Shown here: piece after piece, positions 37,080 through 47,628 of the stretch
Layout: each line of letters opens with the position of its first letter
Numbering within the stretch: the first letter of the stretch is position 1
From: Candidatus Freyarchaeum deiterrae
GTDB lineage: Archaea > Asgardarchaeota > Jordiarchaeia > Jordiarchaeales > Jordiarchaeaceae
Direction of reading: 5' to 3'
Assembly (NCBI GenBank): GCA_037305845.1
Contig: CP147778.1
Coordinates: 1,888,001-1,952,000 of the forward strand
Length of the DNA: 64,000 nucleotides
Translations under genes and position numbers: made by a program
The notes under the pieces: model-generated
What the model saw: the letters and a program-made list of their open reading frames with translations, nothing else
Databases searched by the model: none
What the model was told of the DNA's origin: nothing

Positions 37080-38189
37080 ATGATAAACCCAAAAGCAGAT
37101 GCAATATTTGACCCTCTGTATATACCACCAAAACTTTACCACCGCGAAAAAGAACTCAATGAACTTCTAAAATTGATTACCGATAATGAAACAAGTAATC
37201 TTCTACTTTATGGGCCTTCTGGATTAGGAAAAACATTGCTCGCTAGATATGCTTTGGTGACATTTTCCCAAAGCATGGGGAATGAAGTCACCCCTATTTT
37301 TGTTAACTTTTCCTATAAGAGCTTAGGAGAAATAATGTATCAGGTTAATGCATCCATATGTGATAATAAAGTATTATACTCGATTCCGATAAACGCTTCC
37401 GTAACAGAATTGTGGAACACATTCCGTAGGTTGAGAAGGGGAATAGAAAACAAAGTAGTAATTATAATGGACGACGTTGATGAGAATAATCGTAATATTC
37501 ACAAAAAATTTCTCCAGGAATCTAAGGAACTCGGAATAACAACAATTGCTACAGCTAAAACAGGTTATGCTAGGCAAATTAGAAAAGAACAGGAATTCCG
37601 CTCACAACTAGATTCCAGTATTTTCTTGGATTTATACTCGGAAAATGAGCTGATGGATATAACCTATCAGCGGGTGACGATAGCCTTTCCCTCATTTATA
37701 CGTCCATCTATAATACGCTTTCTGACTGACATCGTTTTGGAATTCGATATTGGAAAACCGAGCACAATTATTGAGATATTAAAAAGAATATATCCAGTTT
37801 CTGTGGGGGGCGCAGATATACTGCCTATTCATATCCAAGAAGCGAGTTCAAATATTTTCACCGTACAGGATGAAGTTACCATTATTGACTCCCTCACTCA
37901 GACAAGCTTAATGACACATCTGCTTTTTCAAAAAATTGCGCGGGTCTTTCAAAAGTATCTTTATGAGCCTTACATATCCCTTAACGAAATAAAAAAAGAG
38001 TATAATTTGCTTTACGAGGAATTAAAAGTGGATATCAACCTGGATGAGTTAATAGAATCTATAGACGATTTGCTTAGAACTGGATTAATATACCAATCAC
38101 ATTTCGATGCAGATTTATTTTATATAATAGTTCCTCCCAAAAAAATAACCGAGATATTGGATTTAACCCTTGACGGAAAATACGATTAA
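37080..38189 (+). CDS. cdc6: Orc1/Cdc6-family protein (divergent)
   Basis: FDPLYIPPKLYHREKEL, YGPSGLGKT, IIMDDVD, YSENELMDI..QR, C-terminal winged helix. Confidence 0.85.
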   Translation: MINPKADAIFDPLYIPPKLYHREKELNELLKLITDNETSNLLLYGPSGLGKTLLARYALVTFSQSMGNEVTPIFVNFSYKSLGEIMYQVNASICDNKVLYSIPINASVTELWNTFRRLRRGIENKVVIIMDDVDENNRNIHKKFLQESKELGITTIATAKTGYARQIRKEQEFRSQLDSSIFLDLYSENELMDITYQRVTIAFPSFIRPSIIRFLTDIVLEFDIGKPSTIIEILKRIYPVSVGGADILPIHIQEASSNIFTVQDEVTIIDSLTQTSLMTHLLFQKIARVFQKYLYEPYISLNEIKKEYNLLYEELKVDINLDELIESIDDLLRTGLIYQSHFDADLFYIIVPPKKITEILDLTLDGKYD

Positions 38190-38260
38190 ACATCTTCCAT
38201 CTTTTTAAAAGATTACTGAATTCCTTATTATTTGGTTAAAGCTGAAAATTATGCCCGGCT

Positions 38261-39187
38261 TCAAGTAACCACTTGATACTTATTGTCCTTCTTTTCTAGT
38301 AAACCGTAATCCACCAGTAAATCTAGGCTTTTTTGGGTAACATCGTTCAGAGAATTTGTTGCGCCTCCACGGAGATATCTGACAATATCGAATAGAGTAA
38401 AACTTGTAACGCCTTTCTCCCTTGAGAGGTCAATTATTAGTTCATATAACTGCATAGACTGAATATCAAGAAGGGCTAATTTTAAAGGAAGTTTTTCAAT
38501 TTTATCCGAAACGTTTTGACCCTTTATTGAAAGGATAGGAATTATATTGTAGGTTCGAATTTCCTTTAATATCTCTTTGAATTCCTCAAGCTTACTAGAA
38601 TAATCGGGTAGATTCAGATCGATATAGTACTCCAGAATAATTGTGCTAACCTGATCCTTTGTAAAAAGTTCCATAATCTGATCAAAGTATCTTTTCCATT
38701 CCTTAATGATAATACCTAAGCGTTTGTCCGGTTTTAGATTTGAAATTTCTTTACCTAATATGGATTCCAGTCTTTCTACCTTTAGTGTCGATTCCTCTAA
38801 TTCATGAAAATTAGAAGCATTATTTAGAAGAATAGCCGCCGAGAGAGTTTTGAAGTCACTCAAAAACTCGCGTAGGGAAGTATAAGAGCGAAATTTGTTA
38901 AAACCTTGTTTCTGATTTTCCTGTGCTAAATTGTATATATGAGGCATAAGCGACCCAATGACCTCTGTAAAACCTCTGTAAAGCATTCGCTTATCAAAAA
39001 ATCTATCAAAATTATCCATCCGAATCCGCATTTTCTTGCCCATCAGGTGAACGTCCCACGAAAACTTGAATGGTATAATTCCACCATTTTTCTCCCCCCG
39101 GAGTTCTTCCACACACTTATCAATCTTAACTTCCGTTTCATTTTTAAGGGCTGTGCATGAACAGGGGAAAGCAACTCCATCGAACAA
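38261..39187 (-). CDS. Hypothetical protein with C-terminal winged-helix-like end
   Basis: 308-aa ORF with SD GGAGGG; LDLLVDYGLL..Y terminus. Confidence 0.6.
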   Translation of the reverse strand: MFDGVAFPCSCTALKNETEVKIDKCVEELRGEKNGGIIPFKFSWDVHLMGKKMRIRMDNFDRFFDKRMLYRGFTEVIGSLMPHIYNLAQENQKQGFNKFRSYTSLREFLSDFKTLSAAILLNNASNFHELEESTLKVERLESILGKEISNLKPDKRLGIIIKEWKRYFDQIMELFTKDQVSTIILEYYIDLNLPDYSSKLEEFKEILKEIRTYNIIPILSIKGQNVSDKIEKLPLKLALLDIQSMQLYELIIDLSREKGVTSFTLFDIVRYLRGGATNSLNDVTQKSLDLLVDYGLLEKKDNKYQVVT

Positions 39188-39457
39188 GTGAAACCCTCCA
39201 AAAAGGAAAGACTCCTAAATCAAAAAATTCCAAACAAGTATATAAAACTCACTACCAACTTTTAAAACAAAACATATTAACTTGTTATATAAATTTAAAA
39301 AAAAGAAAAGTTTCACTAAATTGAATCTACTTATAAATATAAATAAATTACACATAAAACGCTTTGCCTCCCAACTCCACAGGCTTAAAAAGTCTTAATA
39401 TTAAAAAAGATAAAATATTATTACACGGTACTCAATTGTAATCGAGGCGGAGTTTAA

Positions 39458-40096
39458 ATGTCACTATCCGAGAGCCAAAAAAAAGTTTTAGAACGACTCA
39501 ATAACCAAGTCCAAGAACTAAGCGACAAGCTAAGGAATAAGGAAGAAAAAATAGAAGAAAAAGAGCATAAAATAAATGAACTTCAAGAGAAGATAAACGA
39601 AGAAAACCAAGTAAAACAAGATTTAAAATCAAAAATAGAAGAAAAAACACGAACCCTAGAGGAAAAAGATAAAGAATTAGATGAACTGAAAATCAAAATT
39701 CAAGAACTAGAAGCCCAAAACAAGGAGTTAGCAGCAAAAATCGAGAGTCTAAGCGAACAGAACCAGAAGAGAATAGAAGAACTGAAAATTAAGGAAGGAA
39801 GATCAAGAAGTCTTGAAGAAGTAATATCCGAAAACGAAGTGAGAATAAAGGAATTGGAAACAGAACTAAATCACTTTGAGGAGAGAGAAAAAAGGACAAG
39901 AGAAATTTTTGAAAAAGACCCAAAATACAAAATCTTCTTCATTCTAAGAGACTCTGGCGGTAGAAGCTTCGAAGAACTAAGTAAAACACTCGGAATCACA
40001 ATGGTTCAGCTTAAAACATATGCATCAGAGCTAAAATCTAACGGCTTGGTTAATATAAAGGCGGAAAAGCTAGAAGTAGCCGAGGATTTTAGGTAA
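39458..40096 (+). CDS. Coiled-coil protein with C-terminal winged helix
   Basis: E/K-rich heptads followed by FEELSKTLGIT...ELKSNGLV. Confidence 0.75.
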   Translation: MSLSESQKKVLERLNNQVQELSDKLRNKEEKIEEKEHKINELQEKINEENQVKQDLKSKIEEKTRTLEEKDKELDELKIKIQELEAQNKELAAKIESLSEQNQKRIEELKIKEGRSRSLEEVISENEVRIKELETELNHFEEREKRTREIFEKDPKYKIFFILRDSGGRSFEELSKTLGITMVQLKTYASELKSNGLVNIKAEKLEVAEDFR

Positions 40097-40243
40097 AAAT
40101 ACACAAGAGGTATATCACCTAAATCCAAGTCCCTAAAATTTGAATTTATTCCTTAGTCACCCTGATTAAACAGTTTTTTGAGTAAATTTGAAATTTAAAA
40201 AAGATTTGGGTTTGTTGAGCTGGACTTGTCATATATTGAATAG

Positions 40244-41086
40244 CTAAGTGTAGTAAGAGTCTACTTGGTCCGATCCTAAGTGGGGCTCTGCGGCTCCCAT
40301 TTGTTCGGTGGGCAATCTTAATTTGAGTTTGTCTATCTCCTTTTCTAGTTTCTCGCTGTAAACATCTAGAGCGCCTGTGTCTACGTTTAGGTCATATTGT
40401 GCATTTAAGACTTCAATTAGAGCTTTTGAAGAACGCGGATTAAAACTTATTCGTGCTAAACCCTCTGCAAGAAGAGAAACTCCCAGAATATCATAATAAG
40501 GCGCCATTAGCGGCATTACTCCGTTTAACCCAGATATTCTTCCATCCTTAAGCGGAACCACGTTAGATATCTTCTCAAAACCGCTTAACGAATTCTTACT
40601 CGTGGTAGACACATACACTTTGGGTTCCTTAACATAGTTGTTGGTTCCGAAGCAACCTAAAGAAACTAACTCCTTCACATTCATGTCACTCAGATTCTTG
40701 AGAACTACATGTGAAATTATGTTACTACCCATAGGTGTTAACGGTTGAGTGTAAGAGCATGCGAAAAGGACATCCCTGCCAACATTAGATCTCTTCCACA
40801 AATATACCATAACCGAAAAAATGTTAGACCAATCCGTAAACATGCCATCCTGAACAAAGGCCACCGAAGGCATATCCAAATTCATAACTTCGAAAAGAGG
40901 ACGCGCCTTAGCCACAGTCAACATATGGCGAACCGCAATAAGGCCGACATTCCCTATGCCACTGAATCCTTGAATTAATATTGGATCCTTCAAATCCAGA
41001 CTTTTCAGGTCTAGGCCCTTTTTGTAAAGTTTTACCTTTATTATGTCTGCGATGTCCCAGCTTGTTTCATTATCTTTCAAAAACAT
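40244..41086 (-). CDS. PAC2-family proteasome assembly chaperone
   Basis: LIQGFSGIGNVGLIA, GRISGLNG, P.SSKALIEVL; C-terminal YYT. Confidence 0.88.
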   Translation of the reverse strand: MFLKDNETSWDIADIIKVKLYKKGLDLKSLDLKDPILIQGFSGIGNVGLIAVRHMLTVAKARPLFEVMNLDMPSVAFVQDGMFTDWSNIFSVMVYLWKRSNVGRDVLFACSYTQPLTPMGSNIISHVVLKNLSDMNVKELVSLGCFGTNNYVKEPKVYVSTTSKNSLSGFEKISNVVPLKDGRISGLNGVMPLMAPYYDILGVSLLAEGLARISFNPRSSKALIEVLNAQYDLNVDTGALDVYSEKLEKEIDKLKLRLPTEQMGAAEPHLGSDQVDSYYT

Positions 41087-41251
41087 ACACCATCTATAAT
41101 ATTATTTGGTTTTAGTTAACATTAGATAGGGAAGGAATTTCAATTTTTCCCCCAAAATCTTTGAATTGCGGCTTCATTTGAAGTTTCAATTGATTAATAA
41201 TTATTTGATTACGCTTAGTAAAAATTGATAATGAAATGAGTTGAAAATAAG

Positions 41252-42019
41252 TTATTTTTTGAAGAGAGTGCCAAAATACATGCACTCTTCACGTGGGATG
41301 ATCATCTGAGATCCATCCACATACTCCTCAGTAGTTTCCACAGGTGCACCCTTTATGATTACAACTGGAATTTGTTCACTTCCCTCGCCCATTAGTATCT
41401 CCGCAGCGCATGCAAGGTTATCCGCTACGGCTCTCCTTGTAATTCTTAAAGTGTTTCCGTAAAGATCTTTTTTTCCCCGCTCGTCTACCACAGGTTTGAA
41501 ACCTGCTACGCCAAGGGCGAATCCGGTGTTTCCAAGTCTTAACGGTTGTGTTCTGCTGTCAGCTATTATTACTCCTACCTTATGCCCCGTTTTTTCATAA
41601 ATCTGGTTTCTAATCTTGTGAGCGCTTCTTGTAGGGTTCTCTGGAAGAAGTACGGCGTAGCCACTGGGAACATTTGATTTGTCGATGCCCGCATTAGCCT
41701 GAAGGATGTTATCCTTTAGAGTAAGCAGTGCTCTGAACACCCCTCCATACACTATTTCCGATTCTCTAATTACGAGTTCAACAAAGCCTGGTTCTAATTC
41801 TATTTCTTTAGCAATTCTGTATGCTTCTTCTGAAGGTTTAACCTCGCTGAGTTTCACTATTCTGCCATCAGAGCTGGCAACAGCTTTGGAGGTGATGACA
41901 ATAATATCCTCGTCTTCGAGAGGTACATTTTGTTCTTCAATCTCTCTTATAATTATAGATATTAAATCGTCACCCGGAACTAGAATTTTTGTATGCAGCG
42001 GGTAAAGGGTCATAACCAT
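41252..42019 (-). CDS. cofE: CofE-family gamma-glutamyl ligase
   Basis: PGDDL, ITSKAV, ANAGIDKSN, IIADS...LRLG, DLYG..L..T.RAVAD. Confidence 0.9.
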   Translation of the reverse strand: MVMTLYPLHTKILVPGDDLISIIIREIEEQNVPLEDEDIIVITSKAVASSDGRIVKLSEVKPSEEAYRIAKEIELEPGFVELVIRESEIVYGGVFRALLTLKDNILQANAGIDKSNVPSGYAVLLPENPTRSAHKIRNQIYEKTGHKVGVIIADSRTQPLRLGNTGFALGVAGFKPVVDERGKKDLYGNTLRITRRAVADNLACAAEILMGEGSEQIPVVIIKGAPVETTEEYVDGSQMIIPREECMYFGTLFKK

Positions 42020-42105
42020 GGGCACTTCATCTCCATCTGAGTATGGATAAAAATAAGAGGAAGTATTAAAGTTGTTTGTTTTCAAATAAATCTGGAGGAA
42101 AATTT

Positions 42106-43314
42106 ATGGGGGTAGCGAATTTCGGAAATGTGAAAATCGGCGACGGTTTCCCAGTTAGAATCTTTGCCGCACTAAACGTAAGTCCAGAATCTTTCTATAA
42201 AGACTCGGTTCGTACATCTCCAAAGGAAATAATGGAGTATGCCCTTAAACTAATAGAAGAAGGAGCGGATTATATTGACCTTGGAGCGGCTTCAACTGCG
42301 CCTCCCCAAATTTACAATACCCAATTTGTTTCAGAAGAGGCGGAGCTTAAAAGAATCGTTGAAGCTGTGAACGCCATACGAGAGGTAACGGATTTTCCGA
42401 TATCAGTAGATACGCAGAGAGCAAAAGTGGCAGAGGCGGCTCTGAATAAAGGCGCCAATGCTGTTAACGATGTGAGCGGTTTCAAAACAGATCCCAAGCT
42501 ACCTAAAGTCGTTGCGGAATACAATGCTCCCGCAATACTTATGGCGGCTATGGAAAAACCGGGAGACGCTCAGAAAATTAGCGAGGTTAGGGAGTCCCTC
42601 AAAAGTAGTCTTCAAATCTCAAGTGAGGCTGGAATAGACCAAATGAAAATTATCATAGATCCAGGAATAGGATTTGGGAAACCCTACGAGTCTGACCTAG
42701 CATTAGTAAGAGATCTAATTCGGCTAAAAACTCTTCAAAAACCTATAATGGTCGCGGTGTCTCGAAAATCCTTTATTGGGCGGGTGCTAAATCTTAAAAA
42801 TCCTGAGGAGAGATTGAATGGTTCTCTAGCAGCAACAGCCATAGCAGTCTTTAATGGAGCCAACGCAATTCGAACGCATGACGTTAAACAAACAAAGGAA
42901 ACCGTTAAAGTAGCTGAAGCAATAGCCAAAACCACTAAAATCGCAGAGAAGGGCGCCTACAACGGGATGGAAATAGACTTTATCCGAGATTCAGAAGATG
43001 GTTCGGAAATTATGAAAGGCATCGGGGTAAGTGTGCCCGGAATTCAGATGATGAAAGAAAAGACAGTTAATCACAATATAATTCTAAGCAATATTAGTAG
43101 CCCTGCAGCGCTATCACTCAAACAACACATGCTATCCGTTGGAGGAGATTTAGCTATTCCCGAGGGGGTGATCGACTTCCAAATAGAAAGGTGCACAGTG
43201 CTTTTAACAGGCACCACAAAACAAATTAAAGAAATTATTCCAAAGCTTAAAATGAACTTCTTCGACCTTCCACAAATAGCGGAAATTTTGCTCGACTTAA
43301 TAAAAAAACCCTAA
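42106..43314 (+). CDS. folP: Dihydropteroate synthase with C-terminal accessory domain
   Basis: LNVSPESF, ISVDT, NDVSG, IDPGIGFGK, SRKSFIG, IRTHDV. SD GGAGG before ATG 42106. Confidence 0.92.
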   Translation: MGVANFGNVKIGDGFPVRIFAALNVSPESFYKDSVRTSPKEIMEYALKLIEEGADYIDLGAASTAPPQIYNTQFVSEEAELKRIVEAVNAIREVTDFPISVDTQRAKVAEAALNKGANAVNDVSGFKTDPKLPKVVAEYNAPAILMAAMEKPGDAQKISEVRESLKSSLQISSEAGIDQMKIIIDPGIGFGKPYESDLALVRDLIRLKTLQKPIMVAVSRKSFIGRVLNLKNPEERLNGSLAATAIAVFNGANAIRTHDVKQTKETVKVAEAIAKTTKIAEKGAYNGMEIDFIRDSEDGSEIMKGIGVSVPGIQMMKEKTVNHNIILSNISSPAALSLKQHMLSVGGDLAIPEGVIDFQIERCTVLLTGTTKQIKEIIPKLKMNFFDLPQIAEILLDLIKKP

Positions 43315-43374
43315 TTCTAACTAGTTTTTTTAGACTAGGCATTTCCCTTCTTTTTATAGTAAATTGGTATTTCC

Positions 43375-43926
43375 TTATGAGGTCTCACTAAAAGACTTTA
43401 CACGATCCCTTCGTGAGCCAATGAACTTTTTGGAATCCGAAAAATCTCGCTCCGCTGTTTGTGTGGAACTAGGTTTCTTTTTAAAAACATCAAATAACTT
43501 ACCAATCTCTGTAAAATTCAAACGGCCTGTTTCTCCGGACTTCCCAACTATCCCGTCTAATATGGTATCGAATCCGTCCACCCCGCATGAATCCTCATTC
43601 CAACTATTCGTTTCACCATAGTTTTTAATGAATTCTTCCTTTATCTTAGAAAGTACCTTCTTTACCTTATCACCACTATCACTGTAGGCAGCAAAAATTA
43701 AATTCTCAGAAGATATTGAAACAAACTGCTTGTCGCCAAGCACAATCGTGTTAAATTCTTCACCGCTGATACTCTTTCCCAAGGATGCGATTGCGCTCAA
43801 AAACCCCGTAACTAACACTTCATCATACTCCTGACCACTGTATTTACGGTGATGAACGCACAAACCATCCTTAGTCAAAATGTACACATTATATATCAAC
43901 GCCAACTCCTCACAAAAATCAAACAC
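43375..43926 (-). CDS. Longin-like domain protein
   Basis: IYNVYIL..DGLCV..RKY...LVTGFLSAI pattern typical of Asgard longins. True start probably near 43905. Confidence 0.75.
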   Translation of the reverse strand: MFDFCEELALIYNVYILTKDGLCVHHRKYSGQEYDEVLVTGFLSAIASLGKSISGEEFNTIVLGDKQFVSISSENLIFAAYSDSGDKVKKVLSKIKEEFIKNYGETNSWNEDSCGVDGFDTILDGIVGKSGETGRLNFTEIGKLFDVFKKKPSSTQTAERDFSDSKKFIGSRRDRVKSFSETS

Positions 43927-44096
43927 ATTACTCTAAAAGATACGTTTACATGGAAGAATAAAAGTTTTCCCTGCATGCAAAATTTAGTCTAATAACCCAT
44001 TTCTTTAAAACTAGACCCTTCACTGTAAAAATTAGATTCCTGCTTAATGTAAAAAAATAAAAAAATAATTTTTTAAATAAAGCTCAAAGGAGTTTC

Positions 44097-45395
44097 TCAC
44101 TTACTTGTCCATGAATCTACCATTACCTTCGGCCAATCAATACTCAAAAGCTTTTTGCCAGTTTCCTTCGAAACAAAACCATTTTCCATCTTCTCGTGGA
44201 CTACATCGATGGGAACCATGAAGTGCTTTCTGTCAACCCAATTCCATCCGATGAACATCTCATCTTCATCGTCAATATAAAGACTTGTTCCACGAAGTTT
44301 CTGTCTGTGCTTCTCTGTATAATCCTTAACCCAGCTCGGAATATTAAGAGCAGTGAGCTTTACTTCCTCTCCCTTACTCTTAGCTGCGCTCAGTTCATCA
44401 GATTCAATAACATCGATAAGATGGGTATGCCCATAAACTATTCTCAAATTCTTACTCTTCGTTTCTCTGTTTTTAGCGAATCTGTTCCACCAACTAAGGA
44501 TACCGCTGACAGAAGCCTTACGATTATACCTTGTGCCAACCAATTTGTTCCAAATCTTCCTTGCATAAAGATAGAAGAAACGCGGACCACCTAAAAGCAG
44601 CCAAAGAACAACCAGCCCCAAATTACCTACAACCCCTAAATAGGGATAAAGCAGACTCCAGAAACTCTGACTCAAACCGAGAAAACCAGGCATTGCAAAC
44701 TGCAAAAGTGGAAACATCAAATTCACGATACTTGTAATTGTGCTTGGAAGAGAGAGAGGAGACAACAGCAAAAGGGCGTAGTTAAAAATTGCAACTGCTA
44801 TACTGAGAATAAGTAATCCTACAAAAATGTCTCCATAGTCTCCAAACGCGGTAGCACCCGAACGAATGCCGCCCAATTTCTTCCAGGGTTGAAACGTGAA
44901 AAGCTTGTCAAATTGATAACCATGAACAAATATATAATCTCTATCGCCCATTTTAACTGTAAAAGTGCTTTTTTTGTCTGCCTGTATGGGATAATAGTCT
45001 TCCATAATGGTCAGTGTATTATTGCCTGATGGATAAGTGCCAATCAATGGCTTCAAGTCGTAATCATGATTACCCAAAAGATAAACTTTAGGACAATCCA
45101 ACTTTTGAAGCAGTTCGAAAATTGGTCTACTGCAATACTCAATTCCACGGTCAGGAGCGTCCCAAAGCTCCAGAATATCCCCGATCAAAAGCAACCTTTC
45201 CGGTGGCTTCAAAACTTTCTCTTTACGCCCATTTCCCCAAGGGCCCAACTTAATTTTAACAGTCTCGCCTTCCTTTAAACGAATAAGCCAATTGAGAAAC
45301 TGGCCCACATGCTCTGGTTCACTTACTATACCCTTACTCTTACCAATCAATCCTAAATGGCAGTCAGAAATCACAAATATACTGCCTTCGCCCAT
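44097..45395 (-). CDS. Membrane-embedded metallophosphoesterase
   Basis: SDCHLG, GDILELW, GNHD, HG and GHTH motifs with TM helices inserted. Confidence 0.85.
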   Translation of the reverse strand: MGEGSIFVISDCHLGLIGKSKGIVSEPEHVGQFLNWLIRLKEGETVKIKLGPWGNGRKEKVLKPPERLLLIGDILELWDAPDRGIEYCSRPIFELLQKLDCPKVYLLGNHDYDLKPLIGTYPSGNNTLTIMEDYYPIQADKKSTFTVKMGDRDYIFVHGYQFDKLFTFQPWKKLGGIRSGATAFGDYGDIFVGLLILSIAVAIFNYALLLLSPLSLPSTITSIVNLMFPLLQFAMPGFLGLSQSFWSLLYPYLGVVGNLGLVVLWLLLGGPRFFYLYARKIWNKLVGTRYNRKASVSGILSWWNRFAKNRETKSKNLRIVYGHTHLIDVIESDELSAAKSKGEEVKLTALNIPSWVKDYTEKHRQKLRGTSLYIDDEDEMFIGWNWVDRKHFMVPIDVVHEKMENGFVSKETGKKLLSIDWPKVMVDSWTSK

Positions 45396-45801
45396 TCAAA
45401 CACGCCTCCTACAAAAATACATAAACTGCGAAAATAGCGAAAATTTCGATTAATTCACTCTCAGAAAATCCTATTAAACTTTTCTAACTTAAAATAAAAA
45501 CTTCTAAACAATAAAAGCCAGACGTAGAATCAAACCAAATTCGAAAGACTTTTTGTCCCAACAATAATTTATCTTACTTCCATTTTAAGAACTCCTATTT
45601 TCAAATCTCCGAAATTTTGAATTCAAAAAGAAATTCAGCACCTGTACCAGATTTGATTTATGCCAATATCTCTCCCATTAGAACATTCAAATCTTTATCA
45701 AGTTTTATTATTAAATTTTCTAAATATACAATTCTTGATAGACAATAACTTTATAATTTAAAAGGTAACACCGTTACAAAGAATTTTCGGAGGATATTAA
45801 A

Positions 45802-46821
45802 ATGACAATCAAAACCCCATTAAACGACATGCTAGGAATAAAATACCCCATAATACAAGCCGCAATGGGACCATTCTACACCACAAAACTATGCTGCGCC
45901 GTAGTAAACGCCGGAGGATTCGGAATAGTCTCCCACACCAACCTAGTCGGCGTTGACCCAATAAAAGACATGGAAGAAAACATAAAATACGTCATGAAAA
46001 ACTGCAAAGGAAACTTCGGAGTAAACATAAGAGTCGCAAGAATACAAATCGACGCTCCCGGCATAATGGAACTGATAATGAAAATGAGAAAAGAAAACCC
46101 TGAAGTGAAAAAAAGACTAAAAATGGTAGTAACCTCGGCAGGCAACCCCAAACCCCCCGCTCAATTATTCAAAGAAAAAGACAAAGACCTTCTAGTTTTC
46201 CACGTAGCACCAACCCTATACCACGCAATGAAAGTAGACGGTCTATGCGATGGCATAGTATGCACCGGATACGAGGGAGGCGGACATCAAAGCTATGAGC
46301 GTGTAAACACCACAGTACTGGTTAGTGAGGCTGTTAAAAACTGCAAGAAGCCGATCATAGCCTGTGGCGGTTTCTCGGACGGCCGCGGCATCGCTGCTGC
46401 ACTCGCTATGGGTGCTGTCGGTGTTCAAATGGGTACCCGCTTCATCGCCACAAAAGAGAGTGAATTCCACCAGAACTACAAGGACTTCATTATTAGGTCT
46501 AAAGATTCTGACACGATGGTCTGCCAAGGTGCCTTCGGCCCAATTCGTTTACTCAAGAACAAATATGCTGAACACCACGGTGAGATCGTGTCCAGAGAAG
46601 AGAAATTGGCTGCGGAATCGGAGCTAGACGTTAAAGCGATACAGGAAGACAACGAAAAATACGCACTCGTCTACAAAGGAGACATCGAAAATGGACCGGT
46701 CCTTTGTGGTCAGTCATGTGGTAATACTAAGGATATTCCCACGGTTAAGGAGCTTATTGATCGGATGATGAAGGAAGCTGAAGAGGCTATTAAGAAGACC
46801 AGCAAATTCGTAGTGGCCTAG
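45802..46821 (+). CDS. Nitronate monooxygenase/FabK-family flavoenzyme
   Basis: KYPIIQAAMG, GYEGGGH, PIIACGG, GVQMGTRF, GQSCG. Confidence 0.9.
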   Translation: MTIKTPLNDMLGIKYPIIQAAMGPFYTTKLCCAVVNAGGFGIVSHTNLVGVDPIKDMEENIKYVMKNCKGNFGVNIRVARIQIDAPGIMELIMKMRKENPEVKKRLKMVVTSAGNPKPPAQLFKEKDKDLLVFHVAPTLYHAMKVDGLCDGIVCTGYEGGGHQSYERVNTTVLVSEAVKNCKKPIIACGGFSDGRGIAAALAMGAVGVQMGTRFIATKESEFHQNYKDFIIRSKDSDTMVCQGAFGPIRLLKNKYAEHHGEIVSREEKLAAESELDVKAIQEDNEKYALVYKGDIENGPVLCGQSCGNTKDIPTVKELIDRMMKEAEEAIKKTSKFVVA

Positions 46822-46983
46822 ACGCTTCTACTAAATTCTTTTTCTTTTTTAAGCGGGATTTTGATTCTTTTTGGTTGTTCTTTTGGTGGGGTTTTCCATT
46901 ATTTTTAAATAACTGTTAACTTTATTATTAGTAGGGAATATTTAACAATAGTTAAGTGTGCCTTTTTATTAAGGCTAAAACAA

Positions 46984-47376
46984 GTGTTTGTGGTGTTATG
47001 CTTGAAATCGCCTTGTGAACTTGTTATTTGGTATTTGCTTCCTACTGTTAGGTCTGAATTGGCTAAGGAACTAATTAAGCTTGGTTTATCTCAGAAGGAA
47101 GCTGCAAGCAGGCTTGGAATATCTGAGGCTGCTATCTCTCATTATACGAAGGGTAAACGCGGCAAAAAAATTGATTTAGATAAGGAAACAAAGAATGAAA
47201 TCAGAAAACTTGCAAATGAGATGGTTTCCTCCGGTGATGAAGCGAACTCGATTCTGAAAACGTGTGAAATATGTATTAAAGTGAGAAAGACTGAACTTCT
47301 TTGTAAATTACACAAAAGTTTAGGTTCAGTTCCTGATGATTGCAAAGCTTGCTCGGAGCTTTTTAAAGAAACATAA
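46984..47376 (+). CDS. Cro/C1-type HTH regulator with Cys-rich C-terminus
   Basis: PCE...LP.VRSELA...SQKEAASRLGISEAAISHY.KGKRG; CEIC, C..H, C..C. True start probably near 47002. Confidence 0.85.
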   Translation: MFVVLCLKSPCELVIWYLLPTVRSELAKELIKLGLSQKEAASRLGISEAAISHYTKGKRGKKIDLDKETKNEIRKLANEMVSSGDEANSILKTCEICIKVRKTELLCKLHKSLGSVPDDCKACSELFKET

Positions 47377-47628
47377 TTATAGTGTTCATTGGTATTATCG
47401 CTTGGATTATTGGTTAGGCGAGGGTAATTTATGGAGGACGCGTATCTTGACCGAATCCGTTTTGTTTAGGTTTAATTAATAATTTCCATAAATTTTTAAA
47501 ATTGCTAAATAATCAAGTGAGATAACAAAAAACAATTGAGCTCTCCATTTTAGTAAAAAAAATTAATGCAAGAAAATTGGCTAAAATAATCTAACTTATG
47601 AAACCAAAGAAATTGGGAGGTGCCGTGA

